64,000 nucleotides of DNA from Spirochaetia bacterium (GCA_965203055.1 OZ241863.1:512001-576000); one strand, 5' to 3'; counted from the stretch's first letter, positions 48,868 through 58,839 are shown. A program made the numbers and translations. Notes: generated by a model from the sequence alone, not told the origin.

Positions 48868-49533
48868 TTATACCTCCACGACAGGGGATGAACCAGATTG
48901 AACGAAGAACAAGCGCATCAACCAGCCAACAAGGACATCTACTTGGCTGACGTCCGGGTCAAGGAAACGCGCGCTGATGGCGCGGCCAAGCGGCATCCCG
49001 GGCTCCCTCTGCCAAGCGAGCCAAGTATGAATGGTCGCCTTGGGCTTCGCTACCGGCCTGAACCGGCGCTCGGCCGCCGGGATGGCGGCCACGCTCCTCT
49101 CCACGTGGTCGAACAGCACGCTCTGCGGTGGAATAAGGAATCTGAGGAAGTCCTCCATGATTCCGCCGGTCCGATTGTCCGGCATGATCCATATGCCGGC
49201 GCGCGGGAGACGCCTGCCTTCGGCAGCCTCGACAGACTCGAGAATAGTTCCATCGACTGCGGGTTGGTCAGGCACATCCTGGTATCCGGCGGCCTCGAGG
49301 GCATCGCGTACTTCACGCCAGCGGGTACTGATTTCGGTGTCGGCGTCCATGACGACGCCGACGACATCGTCTTCCGCGCTCGCTTTGAGTTGCACCGGTA
49401 CCGCTTCCAGGAGTCGCTCCACATTGCCATGCGGACGTACTTCGTCGAGATTCGGAACGTCACGCTTGCCGCATATGTGCTTCATGACGTGTTCGTCGTT
49501 CGGGCCCTCCACCAGGAGAATGTTGCGGGCCAA
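48868..49533 (-). CDS. DUF3226-like (TOPRIM-like) protein
   Basis: LLVEGPND, GVVMDAD, GIWIMPDN..GIMEDF, KATIHTWLAWQREPG. Confidence 0.8.
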   Translation of the reverse strand: MARNILLVEGPNDEHVMKHICGKRDVPNLDEVRPHGNVERLLEAVPVQLKASAEDDVVGVVMDADTEISTRWREVRDALEAAGYQDVPDQPAVDGTILESVEAAEGRRLPRAGIWIMPDNRTGGIMEDFLRFLIPPQSVLFDHVERSVAAIPAAERRFRPVAKPKATIHTWLAWQREPGMPLGRAISARFLDPDVSQVDVLVGWLMRLFFVQSGSSPVVEV

Positions 49534-50634
49534 TCAGCGCACCTCGATTCGTTCGCGCGCAGCGATGGCCACTTCCTTGTCCGCGAACACCGTAGGCACG
49601 ATCTGGTCCCCACTGCGGGCTAGACGCAGCAGGACACCGGTGTCGGGATGCTCCGCCGCGGCTTGCTGAAACGCCTCGATCGCATCCCAACTGTGGGTCG
49701 TCGCAAAGACCTGCGTGTCAAGGTTCCGAGCCAAGCGGAATATGATGCGCCAGGCATCCAACTGGACCGTGTGGTGCAGCCCATTCTCGAACTCATCGAT
49801 CAGCATCAGTCGCCCCCGAGCATTGAGGAGCGCGAGCATCATGGCGAACAGGCGATTCATCCCGTCGCCGAACAGGCGCAGAGGAACGGGGTGGGGGATG
49901 CGGCCAGTGCGTACGAACGCGGTCCGCCGGTGGTGCGAACCGTGGCCGCCAACCATGGTGACCCTGGAGACATGAGGATCGATGACGCGCAGCGCGTCCA
50001 CGACCTCCCGCTCGTTGTCGGACAGCGCGATTCCGTCCCACAGCACTCCCAGCTCGGCGGTGCTTTCGCCGCTATGGGCGCCAATGAAGAAGCAGCCCAC
50101 CCCGGACGGCCTCCTGCCCTGACGGACGGAAAGTTCTGTACGAAGGGTCTTGATCTCGTGAATACGAATTCCGTCCGGAGTAATGATGACGATCGAGGCT
50201 ACGCCTTCCGGTTCATCAGGACCATGTTCATTGTATACCAGATTTCCTTTCTCGTCCTGCTTCTGTGAGAACCAGCTCACGCTAATGGCGACTTCTCTTG
50301 GATGAATGTCGCCATCCGCTGAAATCACCAACGGTTCCGGCCGCTCCGCCATGTCGGGGAAGCCGTGGAACAGGCCGGAGAATTGAAGACCGCCGCCGGA
50401 ACCGGCAGGCAGTTCCGCTTCCGGACCGGTGGTGTACTCTTCGCGATCTTTCAGAATGTCCTGCAATTCGTCCAGCGCCGCACCGGTAGCGAGAATGCGG
50501 ATCCCTTCGAGCAGCGACGACTTCCCGGTGTTGTTCTTCCCGGTAATCAGGTTCACGCGACCGAGTCCCTGCACGCGCAACTTGCGGAACGCGCGAAACC
50601 TTTCAAGCGTTACGTTACCGAGCTTGATGGCCAT
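49534..50634 (-). CDS. ABC-type AAA ATPase (AAA_15/AAA_21-like)
   Basis: GKNNTGKS, FGDGM, LIDEFENGLH, ATTHS. Confidence 0.88.
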   Translation of the reverse strand: MAIKLGNVTLERFRAFRKLRVQGLGRVNLITGKNNTGKSSLLEGIRILATGAALDELQDILKDREEYTTGPEAELPAGSGGGLQFSGLFHGFPDMAERPEPLVISADGDIHPREVAISVSWFSQKQDEKGNLVYNEHGPDEPEGVASIVIITPDGIRIHEIKTLRTELSVRQGRRPSGVGCFFIGAHSGESTAELGVLWDGIALSDNEREVVDALRVIDPHVSRVTMVGGHGSHHRRTAFVRTGRIPHPVPLRLFGDGMNRLFAMMLALLNARGRLMLIDEFENGLHHTVQLDAWRIIFRLARNLDTQVFATTHSWDAIEAFQQAAAEHPDTGVLLRLARSGDQIVPTVFADKEVAIAARERIEVR

Positions 50635-50653
50635 GGAGGAACGCGAAACTCGG

Positions 50654-52060
50654 TCAGGCGAGCAGGTCGCGGACGTCGGTGATGGCGCCGGTGACGGCCG
50701 CGGCGGCCACCATCGCCGGGCTCATCAACAGAGTGCGGCCGGTGGGGGACCCCTGGCGGCCGATGAAGTTGCGGTTGGAGGAGGAGGCGCTCACTTGCTC
50801 CCCTACCAGCTTGTCGGGGTTCATCGCCAGGCACATGGAGCAGCCGGCGCCGCGCCACTCGAACCCGGCGGCGGTGAAGATTTCCGGCAACCCCTCCGCC
50901 GCGGCCTGCCGCGCGATCTGCTTGGAGCCGGGCACCACCAGCGCCTTGACCCGCTTGTCGACCCGGTTGCCGCGCACCACGCGCGCCGCTTCGCGCAGGT
51001 CGGTGAGGCGGCTGTTGGTGCACGAGCCGATGAACGCCACGTCGATCCTGGTGCCGGCGATCGGATCGTTTTCGGTCAGGCCCATGTGGCGGTAGGCCGC
51101 GGCGGCCGTGTCCTGCTCGTCCGCGGGCACCGCGCGCAGCCGCGGCAGCCGGTCGGACACCCCCAGCGACTGGCCCGGGTTGATACCCCAGGTCACCACC
51201 GGTTCGATCTCGTCCGCGTGCAGCGTCACTTCGTCGTCGAAGCGGGCGTCGGCCGCGGAGGCGATGCCGCGCCAGTACTCCTCGGCGCGGTCCAGCGCCG
51301 CGCCGGCCGGGGCGTAGCGGCGCCCGCGCAGATAGTCGGCGGTGGTCCGGTCGGGGTTGACGTAGCCGACCCGCGCGCCGCCCTCGATGCTCATGTTGCA
51401 GATCGACATGCGCTCATCCATCGACAGCGCCTCCACGGCGCTGCCGGCGTATTCGTAGGCGTAGCCGATGCCGCCCTTTACCCCCAGGGTGGCGATGATG
51501 GAGAGGATGATGTCCTTGGCGTACACGCCCGGCCCAAGCGCGCCGTCGACGCGGATGCGGCGCACCTTGGGCTTGGTCACCGCCAGGGTCTGGGTGGCCA
51601 GCACGTCGCGCACCTGCGAAGTGCCGATGCCGAAGGCGATGGTGCCGAAGGCGCCGTGGGTGGAGGTGTGGGAGTCGCCGCAGGCGATGGTCATGCCCGG
51701 CTGGGTAAGGCCCAATTCCGGGCCGATGACGTGCACGATTCCCTGATACTCGGAGTCCAGCCCGAAGAAGGTAATGCCGTGGCGGGCGACGTTGCGCTCC
51801 AGCGCCTGGTACATCTCCTCGGCGAGCGGATCGCTCAGTGGCCGCGCCTGCCGGTCGGTGGGCACGATGTGGTCCACCGTGGCGAAGGTGCGCTCGGGGT
51901 GCAGCACCGGCAGGCCGCGCTCCTCCAGCATCTGGAACGCCTGCGGCGAGGTCACCTCATGCACCAAGTGCAGCCCGATGAAGAGCTGGGTCTCGCCGGT
52001 CTCCAGAGTGCCGACGGCGTGCAGGTCCCAGACCTTGTCGAATAACGTAGCGTGCGACAT
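50654..52060 (-). CDS. leuC: 3-isopropylmalate dehydratase large subunit
   Basis: [47 protein letters not shown]; start MSHATLFDK. Confidence 0.97.
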   Translation of the reverse strand: MSHATLFDKVWDLHAVGTLETGETQLFIGLHLVHEVTSPQAFQMLEERGLPVLHPERTFATVDHIVPTDRQARPLSDPLAEEMYQALERNVARHGITFFGLDSEYQGIVHVIGPELGLTQPGMTIACGDSHTSTHGAFGTIAFGIGTSQVRDVLATQTLAVTKPKVRRIRVDGALGPGVYAKDIILSIIATLGVKGGIGYAYEYAGSAVEALSMDERMSICNMSIEGGARVGYVNPDRTTADYLRGRRYAPAGAALDRAEEYWRGIASAADARFDDEVTLHADEIEPVVTWGINPGQSLGVSDRLPRLRAVPADEQDTAAAAYRHMGLTENDPIAGTRIDVAFIGSCTNSRLTDLREAARVVRGNRVDKRVKALVVPGSKQIARQAAAEGLPEIFTAAGFEWRGAGCSMCLAMNPDKLVGEQVSASSSNRNFIGRQGSPTGRTLLMSPAMVAAAAVTGAITDVRDLLA

Positions 52061-52135
52061 TGATGCCGCAGGGTACCCGCAACGGCGGCTGCGCGGCAAC
52101 GCACGGCGTTTCGTTGTTAGCTGCATCTCCCGGCC

Positions 52136-52470
52136 ATGAATCGGCGGCGGGTCGCCGACGTCGCGCCGCGCGCCTGGGCCGCGATCTGCGATCTGGTCGG
52201 CGGCGCGCCGCGCGTCAAGCAGGGCGCCGACTATTCGTTCGGCGATTCCTTCATCATCAACTTCCATCACGGCGCGGACCAACCGTGGGAGCCGCCCTCG
52301 CCGCTGATGGCAGGTTGGCACAAGGATGGCGACTTCTTCCGCCACTTCCTGGACAGCCCCGAACAGGGGCTGCTGACCATCGTGCTCTGGTCGGACATCG
52401 CGCCGCGCAGCGGCGGCACGTTCGCCGCCACCGATTCGGTGCGGCCGATCGCGCAGTATCTGGTGCCTGA
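52136..52470 (+). pseudogene. Fragment of a phytanoyl-CoA dioxygenase (PhyH)-like gene
   Basis: [21 protein letters not shown]...GGT; similarity ends near 52465 before any distal His. Confidence 0.6.
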
Positions 52471-52498
52471 GGCGCCGCGCCGGCCGGCTGCGGTCCGG

Positions 52499-53509
52499 CT
52501 AGCGGGCCGGCCCGGCAGTCAGCGCCAGCAGCCGCGCGCTGTGGGCGTTCATCTCCTTCCATGCCTGGCGCAGGCTCTGCGGCGCCTCCCAGTGCTCGCG
52601 CGTCGCCTGATGGAACTTCTTCAAGCGATAGCAGGGAACGCCGGGGAAGGTGTGATGTTCCGTGTGCCACTCCATGTGCCAGTACAGGAACGAGGTGACC
52701 GGGTCGAGCTTCACCGACCGGCAGCTCTTGCGAAAGTCATCGGCCTCCGGTTCGCGGCCCACGTGCATCGTGTCGTGCACCAGGGTGTGGTACCAGCGCC
52801 CGCCGTAGAACCGCGGCAGGCTCACCACCACGATCAGGAACCACTCTCCGGCCGCGACCGCCCACACCGCAAACGCCGCGTGGAACAGGAACTGGGTGAG
52901 CTGCCGCCAGTATGCCTCGCGGCGCTCGCGCGCACTGGCCTGCTCATATACGTAGCGCGCCCACACGCTGCGCCGCGGGTTGCTCAGGTAGGGCCGGAAC
53001 AGCGAGTAGAGCTGATCGTACAGCGCCGTTACCAGGGCGCTGACGTCGACCACCTGAACGGCCTGCCGCAGCACCTGCTCGGTGGTCTCGGCGCGCGGAT
53101 GCACCCGCTCGCCCTCGCTGCGGCGGTGCAGGGTGTAGCGATGGTGATACTTGTGGCTCATGCGGTAGGTCGCGAGATTGCCGGTCCAGTGGACCAACCC
53201 GAAGACCCGCCCGAACAGACGGTTGAGCCAGCGGGAGCGGAACATGGTGCGGTGCGAGAGCTCGTGCGTCTGCGGGGAGAAGGCGAACAGGCCGCCGTGC
53301 AGGTAGAGCGCCGCCGCCAGCAGCAGCCATTGGCCGTTGCGGTAGCACCAGTAGCAGGCGGCGCCGGACGCGGCCAGAATCGCCAGCACGCCGAGGGAGT
53401 GCCAGATGCCCTGCAGATCGCTGCGCCGCATGAAGCGCGCCAGCAGCTCCCGGTCGATCGGCGGCCGCTTCCAGTTGACCCGGATCGGAGCGTAGGGGTA
53501 GGAGCTCAT
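52499..53509 (-). CDS. Fatty acid desaturase family protein
   Basis: His boxes HELSH, HKYHH, HTEHH; TM segments. Confidence 0.88.
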   Translation of the reverse strand: MSSYPYAPIRVNWKRPPIDRELLARFMRRSDLQGIWHSLGVLAILAASGAACYWCYRNGQWLLLAAALYLHGGLFAFSPQTHELSHRTMFRSRWLNRLFGRVFGLVHWTGNLATYRMSHKYHHRYTLHRRSEGERVHPRAETTEQVLRQAVQVVDVSALVTALYDQLYSLFRPYLSNPRRSVWARYVYEQASARERREAYWRQLTQFLFHAAFAVWAVAAGEWFLIVVVSLPRFYGGRWYHTLVHDTMHVGREPEADDFRKSCRSVKLDPVTSFLYWHMEWHTEHHTFPGVPCYRLKKFHQATREHWEAPQSLRQAWKEMNAHSARLLALTAGPAR

Positions 53510-53541
53510 GCCACGCTCCACTATAGCAGCACTCCGGGATG

Positions 53542-54411
53542 CTATCCGGTCCAGCTTGCGGCGGGGCGTTCTCCCTTGGGGGGTCTGGCCGCCAGCCGGG
53601 CGCCGGCGGACACGAGCAGAAAGATGGCCACGCACACCAGGGCGACGGCGGCGCCCGAGGCGACGCTGAAATAGTAGGACAGATACAACCCGGCGGCGCC
53701 GGAGGCGATGCCGATCGCGGCCGCCGCCAGGACCGTGTGGTGAAAGCGGCGCGTGATCTGCAGCGCGGCCGCGGCCGGCGCTACCATCAGGGTTACCACC
53801 AGCGCGATGCCGATGGTCTGCAGCGCCACCACGACCGCCAGGGCGATCAACAGGTACTGCAGACAGGTCAGCAGGGTGCTCCGGAGGCGCAGCGAGGCGG
53901 CGAACCCGCGGTCGAAGGTGACCAGCACCAACTCCTTGTACAGCAGCAGAATGACCGCCGTGATCACGGCCGACGCCGCGGCGATGCGAATGAGGTCGGC
54001 GCCGGTCACGCTGAGCACGTTGCCGAACAGGAAGTGCAGCAGGTCCACGGCGAAGCCGCGCACGGTGGAGATGATGGCGATGCCAAGCGCGAACATGCCG
54101 GCGTACACCACGCCGACCGCGGCGTCCTCGCCGATCCGCGAGCGGTGCACCAGGGCGGCCATTCCGAGCGAGGCGAGGATGGCGGTCGCCGCGGCCCACC
54201 AGAACAGGCGGTCGCGGTCGGGGCCGTCCAGCAGGTAGCCGGCGGCGATGCCGGGCACCAGGGAGTGGGCCAGGGCGGTGCCGATGTAGGACATGCCGCG
54301 CAGCACGGCGAAGGTGCCCACCAGGGCGCAGACCGCCGCTACCATGGTGACCGCCAGCAGCGCCCGGACGACGAACGGGTAGGCGAACGGAGCGAGCAGC
54401 AGCTCGATCAT
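53542..54411 (-). CDS. Metal (Zn/Mn/Fe) ABC permease
   Basis: ALAHSLVPG, LFGNVL, LYKEL..TFD. Confidence 0.9.
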   Translation of the reverse strand: MIELLLAPFAYPFVVRALLAVTMVAAVCALVGTFAVLRGMSYIGTALAHSLVPGIAAGYLLDGPDRDRLFWWAAATAILASLGMAALVHRSRIGEDAAVGVVYAGMFALGIAIISTVRGFAVDLLHFLFGNVLSVTGADLIRIAAASAVITAVILLLYKELVLVTFDRGFAASLRLRSTLLTCLQYLLIALAVVVALQTIGIALVVTLMVAPAAAALQITRRFHHTVLAAAAIGIASGAAGLYLSYYFSVASGAAVALVCVAIFLLVSAGARLAARPPKGERPAASWTG

Positions 54412-55307
54412 CCCGCGCCGGCGCTCTGCGGCGGGTGAACGGGGTGATCGCAATGGCTGTCGGGCAGGGCGTAACCGCCGCCGGCGTCGATGCGGCGCAG
54501 GTTGGCGCCGTAGGCGGCTGCCAGATGGTTCGCCGCCAGCGCCTCGTCCGGCGCGCCGGCCGCGATGAGCCGCCGGTTCAGCAGCAGCACCCGGCCCAGC
54601 CATTCGGCCACTCCCAGGTCGTGGGTAGCCACCATGATCGCCACCGAAGCGCCGATGGCGTCGAGGGTGGCGGTGAGCTGCCGTCTGGCTTCGGCGTCGA
54701 GGCCGGCGTACGGCTCGTCGAGCAGCATGATCTCCGCCTCCTGCGCCAGCGCGCGGGCGATGAACATGCGCCGCTGCTCGCCGCCGGAGAGCTCCCCGAT
54801 CGGCCGTCGGCGCAACCTGCCGATGGCGACCCGTTCCATGGCCTCGGCGACGATGGCGCGGTCTCTGCGCCGCGGGTAGCGGAAGTAGCGGACCCGGGCG
54901 ATGCGGCCCATCGCCACCACGTCCTCGACCGTGACCGGGAAGCGCCAGTTGATGGCCGGCCGCTGCTCGATGTAGGCGATGCACACGTGACGGTCGGGAG
55001 CGCTGCCGTAGACCCGCACCGAGCCGGCGGAAGGGCGGAGGGTGCCGGCGATCACGTTGAACAAGGTACTCTTGCCGGCGCCGTTGGGTCCCACCACCGC
55101 GGTGCGCTGGCCGGCCGCCAGGCGCAACGAAACCCGTTCCAGGGCGCAACGCCCGCCGTAGTGAGCCCACACGCCGCGGAGCTCCAGCAGGACGCTCCCC
55201 GCGGTATGGGCTGCCTCGCGCCCGTAGCTGCCCGTGGCGTGCGCCGGCCTGACCGCAGCCGCCGCAGCTTGACCAGCCGCCGCCCCGCCGGTTAGACCTG
55301 CACCCAT
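54408..55307 (-). CDS. Metal ABC ATP-binding protein
   Basis: GPNGAGKST, FPVTVEDVV, LSGGEQRR, LLDEP, C-terminal HCDH. Confidence 0.9.
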   Translation of the reverse strand: MGAGLTGGAAAGQAAAAAVRPAHATGSYGREAAHTAGSVLLELRGVWAHYGGRCALERVSLRLAAGQRTAVVGPNGAGKSTLFNVIAGTLRPSAGSVRVYGSAPDRHVCIAYIEQRPAINWRFPVTVEDVVAMGRIARVRYFRYPRRRDRAIVAEAMERVAIGRLRRRPIGELSGGEQRRMFIARALAQEAEIMLLDEPYAGLDAEARRQLTATLDAIGASVAIMVATHDLGVAEWLGRVLLLNRRLIAAGAPDEALAANHLAAAYGANLRRIDAGGGYALPDSHCDHPVHPPQSAGAG

Positions 55308-55348
55308 AAGAATGGTTCTCTCCGGCCCATCATGTCAAAATGATACAC

Positions 55349-55370
55349 TATTGAGAATCAATTATCAATA
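55349..55370. promoter_or_regulatory. Fur-family (Zur/Fur-like) operator
   Basis: AT-rich palindrome TATTGAGAATCAATTATCAATA (18/22 self-complementary) upstream of the metal ABC genes. Confidence 0.7.
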
Positions 55371-56135
55371 ACGATCAGGGCCGGGCTGACGCCGGCGCGA
55401 TTCGCGCAACACTTCATCCTCGATCCATTCGGGCAGTTCCCACAGCGGGCCGGTTTCGCCGCGTTTCCAGAAGACGAGGAAGTAGGAGTGGTTCTTTCTG
55501 GCGTGTACCTGGCGGACCGTACGGCTGACGCCGGGGCGATTGTTCCTTACGACGACGAACAGGTCTTCGGCGACGAAGCCAAACCGTTCGTAGTCGCGCA
55601 TGATCTCGACGTGCGTGAAGCGCTGTCGATTCGAGCAAATCTCGTCCTGGCACTTGACGATGAAGACGCCGCGTTCGCGCAGCACGCGGTACGCCTCCCG
55701 GCCGGCGTCCCGATACAGATCGAGGACCGCTTCGTGATATTTGCTCGCGGTCCGGTTGCCCGATCCGTTGTTGCGGTAGTGCTCCTCGAACGGCCGCTGG
55801 GTCGAATGCGCCGTTCCCCCCGGTGAATGCATGTAGGGCGGGTCGAGGACGACGCAATCGATCTCCCCGTCTCGGTAGGGGAGAGCGCGGCAATCGACGC
55901 CTTCCAGGAGATCGGTAGCACGGAGATCGTAGTCTCCCGGCTCCACCTGGCGCCAGAACACCCCCTTGCCGTACGTCACGTCGGCGACGACGCTGCCCGG
56001 CCTCACGTACAGGTCCAGGATACGCGGGAACACGCTCTCGTTCCCGTCCGCGTAAGCGCTCAGCACCAGATCGTTCGTGGCGGCGCCGTTGCGCACTACG
56101 CGCTTGATCTGGGTTCCGTCGCGGGTGACCATCAC
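55365..56135 (-). CDS. Small orphan amino-DNA methyltransferase
   Basis: VADVTYGKGVFW (motif I-like), VVLDPPY (motif IV), RVLRERGVFIVKCQD. Confidence 0.8.
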   Translation of the reverse strand: MMVTRDGTQIKRVVRNGAATNDLVLSAYADGNESVFPRILDLYVRPGSVVADVTYGKGVFWRQVEPGDYDLRATDLLEGVDCRALPYRDGEIDCVVLDPPYMHSPGGTAHSTQRPFEEHYRNNGSGNRTASKYHEAVLDLYRDAGREAYRVLRERGVFIVKCQDEICSNRQRFTHVEIMRDYERFGFVAEDLFVVVRNNRPGVSRTVRQVHARKNHSYFLVFWKRGETGPLWELPEWIEDEVLRESRRRQPGPDRY

Positions 56136-56187
56136 TTGACTACCTTACTACGAACACGCGCTCCCGGGCGCATGCGGCATCCTGGAC

Positions 56188-56718
56188 GGGCGCATTTCCA
56201 AATTGTGTAGGTAAAGCAACAGGCCGCTTGGCGGCCAATCCCAAGTCCAGCGTCAGATGACGTTTCTCGGCGTTGATTCACCGGTCTACCGCCCTGACGA
56301 TCCTCGCCGGGGCGGCCGAATCCGGCGCCGGCGTGGCGGTAGCGGTGATGGGCGGCGCACAGCAGCCGGAGATTGTTCGGTTCGGCGGCGCCGCCGCAGG
56401 CATACGGCACGACGTGATCGATCTGCAGCAGGTGTTGGGAGCCGCAGCGGCGCCCGCTGGTGCGGTCCACGTAACGGCAGCGGCCCCGGTCGCGCCGCCA
56501 CACCTCGCGCTTGACCGCCGCCGGGATGGTCGCGCTGCCCGTCTTCGCTGCCGAAGTCCGGGTCCGCGGCGGCGCAGCCGGCTGCTCGCAGGCCGTCGTC
56601 ATCGACCACCTGCGCGAGATCCAGAAGCGCCGCCTATACCTGCGGCGCGGGTTCTCGCGGCGTTGAGGGCAAGCAGGCGGGCGAGCGGGATCGGTACCAA
56701 CAATTTGGAAGTGCGCCC
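56188..56718. mobile_element. 531-bp non-autonomous element with 19-bp terminal inverted repeats and an 8-bp near-perfect flanking direct repeat
   Basis: GGGCGCATTTCCAAATTGT (56188-56206) vs ACAATTTGGAAGTGCGCCC (56700-56718), 18/19; flanks TCCTGGAC / TCCCGGAC. Confidence 0.7.
56286..56560 (-). pseudogene. HNH endonuclease C-terminal fragment
   Basis: IPAAVKREVWRRDRGRCRYVD..RCGS..LQIDHVVPYACGG..NLRLLCAAHH. Confidence 0.75.
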
Positions 56719-56789
56719 TCCCGGACCGGCGCACCGCACCGCCAGGCCGCTTCATTACGCGGACCCGCCGGGCTATCATCCGCTGAGCC

Positions 56790-57452
56790 GTGAGTGACTT
56801 CCGCAGTATCCGGCTGTTCCTGATCCGCCATGCGCAGGCGCGCAACGCCGCCGGCACCAGCTACGACGATGCTTCGCTGTCGGCGCTCGGCCGAGTCCAG
56901 GGCGGCGCCGCGGCCGGCGCCATCGCCGCGCGCCGGCCGGACGCGCTGTTCACGAGCCCGGCGCCGCGCGCCCGGCAGACCGCCGAGCTGATCGCGGAAG
57001 CCGCCGGCTTGCCGGTAACGGCGGACGAGCGGCTGCGCGAGTTCGTCTTCGGCAGCGTCGCCGACCCCGGCCTCACGCTGGAGCAACTGCGCGCGCGCCG
57101 CGACGATCTCCTGGTGTGGCACCCGGACCGGAGGCTGGCCGCCGACGGCGAGACCCTGCGCGAGTTCGCGCTCCGCATCGCCGCCGCGCTCGACGGGATC
57201 GTCGCCCGCCACGTCGCCGAGAGCGTGGCCGTGGTCGCCCACGCCGGAACCATCGACGGCGCGATCAACTGGGCGATGGGGCGCGGCCCCGGGGTGCCGT
57301 GGATGCACGACTTCCCGATCTCCAATGCCAGCATCACCGAGCTGATCCACTGGCCGCGCGGGCGCGTCGCCGGCGGCGCGCCGCGCTACACCGAATTCGT
57401 GAGCGTCGGATCGCTGGCCCACCTGCCGCCCGCGGTTCGCAGCGACAACTGA
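56790..57452 (+). CDS. Histidine phosphatase family protein
   Basis: LIRHAQ, SP..RARQTA, LRE, VAHAGTI. Confidence 0.9.
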   Translation: MSDFRSIRLFLIRHAQARNAAGTSYDDASLSALGRVQGGAAAGAIAARRPDALFTSPAPRARQTAELIAEAAGLPVTADERLREFVFGSVADPGLTLEQLRARRDDLLVWHPDRRLAADGETLREFALRIAAALDGIVARHVAESVAVVAHAGTIDGAINWAMGRGPGVPWMHDFPISNASITELIHWPRGRVAGGAPRYTEFVSVGSLAHLPPAVRSDN

Positions 57453-57469
57453 AGACGCGGAAACGCACT

Positions 57470-57498
57470 TTGACCGGCACTTGCCGGCCGGGTAGGGT
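57470..57498 (+). promoter_or_regulatory. Putative sigma70 promoter
   Basis: TTGACC-17 nt-TAGGGT upstream of ATG 57514. Confidence 0.5.
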
Positions 57499-57513
57499 TC
57501 GCGCCAAGCAATA

Positions 57514-58839
57514 ATGTCGCCTCCATCCGCTTCCGATTCCCCGCTCCCGCGCGCGCGCCGCGTGGACGTGATCCCGGTCGAGCAGCAGGGCAGACAGGGG
57601 TTCTACTTGCGCGATCCATTGGCGTTCGCATCGCAGCCGGTGATGCTCGGCGCCGCGGGATTGCTCGTACTGTCGCATCTCGATGGCCGGCACTCGATCG
57701 ATCAGGTGCGCGCGGTGCTGCGGCAGCGGCTGCCGGGCAGTGACGTCAGCGCCGCGCAGATCCGCGGCCTGCTGAACACGTTGAGCAAAGGCTGCTACCT
57801 GGACGACCAGGTGGCTGCGGCGCGCATCGCCGAGGTATGCGCGGAGTTCGAACGCGCCGCGGTGCGCCCGGCCTGGCACGCGGGAACCGCCTACCCGCGC
57901 GACCCGCGCGAGCTCGCCGCGCTGCTCGACCGTTTCTTCGCGGCCGCCGCCGCGGCGCCGGGCGCGGCCGGAGAAACGCCGCGCGACCCGGCGTCCCGGC
58001 TGGCGGCCGTGATGTGTCCGCACGTCGACCTGCGGGCCGGCGGCGAAATCTATCCACCCGCCTTCACGGCCCTGGCCGAGGCGGCCCGGAATGGGCCGCC
58101 CTTCGATCTCTACGTCATCCTCGGAGTGGCCCACAACGGCGGCACCGAACCGGGGCGGAGCTTCGCCATCGCCGCCGACAAGCACTACGCGACGCCGTTC
58201 GGGCAGGTGCCCACCAATTGCCGCGTAATCGAGGAATGGTCGCGCCGCGCCGGGCGCGACCTCACCGACCGGCAGTGGCAGCACCGCACCGAGCACTCGG
58301 TCGAGTTCCCGCTGCTGTTTCTCCAGTACATCCAGGCCCAGGCCGAGCTGCCGCCGTACGAGGTGGTGCCGGTCCTGTTGGGCAGCGTGGACTCCTACCT
58401 GCACGCCGGCAGCGACCCGCTGCAGGCCCCGGAGGTCGCCGCCGAGCTGGCCGCGCTGCGGGCCGCGGTGGCGGCCAGCGGCAAGCGCGCGCTCTACCTG
58501 CTCAGCGTGGACCTGGCTCACGTCGGCCCGAAGTTCGGGCACCCGGAGCGGGTGGACGACGACGCCGCGGCGGCGTGCGAACGGGCGGACCGCCGCTTGC
58601 TGAGCTTCGCGGAACGATTCGATGCGGCCGGCTTCACCGGCGCCCTGCACGCCGACCGCAACGGCCGCAACGTGGACGCCGTCTCCGGGCTATACTCCCT
58701 CTACCCGCTGCTGGCCGGCGGCGACTGCCGCGGCGCGCTGCTCCGCTACGGCCAGAACCGGCAGCCGGACACCGGTTCGCTGGTCAGCTACGCCAGCATG
58801 GCCTTCTATCACACTGCGCCGGGGAGGCAGCTCACGTGA
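57514..58839 (+). CDS. MEMO1 family protein (AmmeMemoRadiSam protein B-like) with N-terminal extension
   Basis: HAGTAYP, PHVD, GVAH, TPFG, EHSVEF, SVDLAHVG, VSYAS. Confidence 0.88.
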   Translation: MSPPSASDSPLPRARRVDVIPVEQQGRQGFYLRDPLAFASQPVMLGAAGLLVLSHLDGRHSIDQVRAVLRQRLPGSDVSAAQIRGLLNTLSKGCYLDDQVAAARIAEVCAEFERAAVRPAWHAGTAYPRDPRELAALLDRFFAAAAAAPGAAGETPRDPASRLAAVMCPHVDLRAGGEIYPPAFTALAEAARNGPPFDLYVILGVAHNGGTEPGRSFAIAADKHYATPFGQVPTNCRVIEEWSRRAGRDLTDRQWQHRTEHSVEFPLLFLQYIQAQAELPPYEVVPVLLGSVDSYLHAGSDPLQAPEVAAELAALRAAVAASGKRALYLLSVDLAHVGPKFGHPERVDDDAAAACERADRRLLSFAERFDAAGFTGALHADRNGRNVDAVSGLYSLYPLLAGGDCRGALLRYGQNRQPDTGSLVSYASMAFYHTAPGRQLT

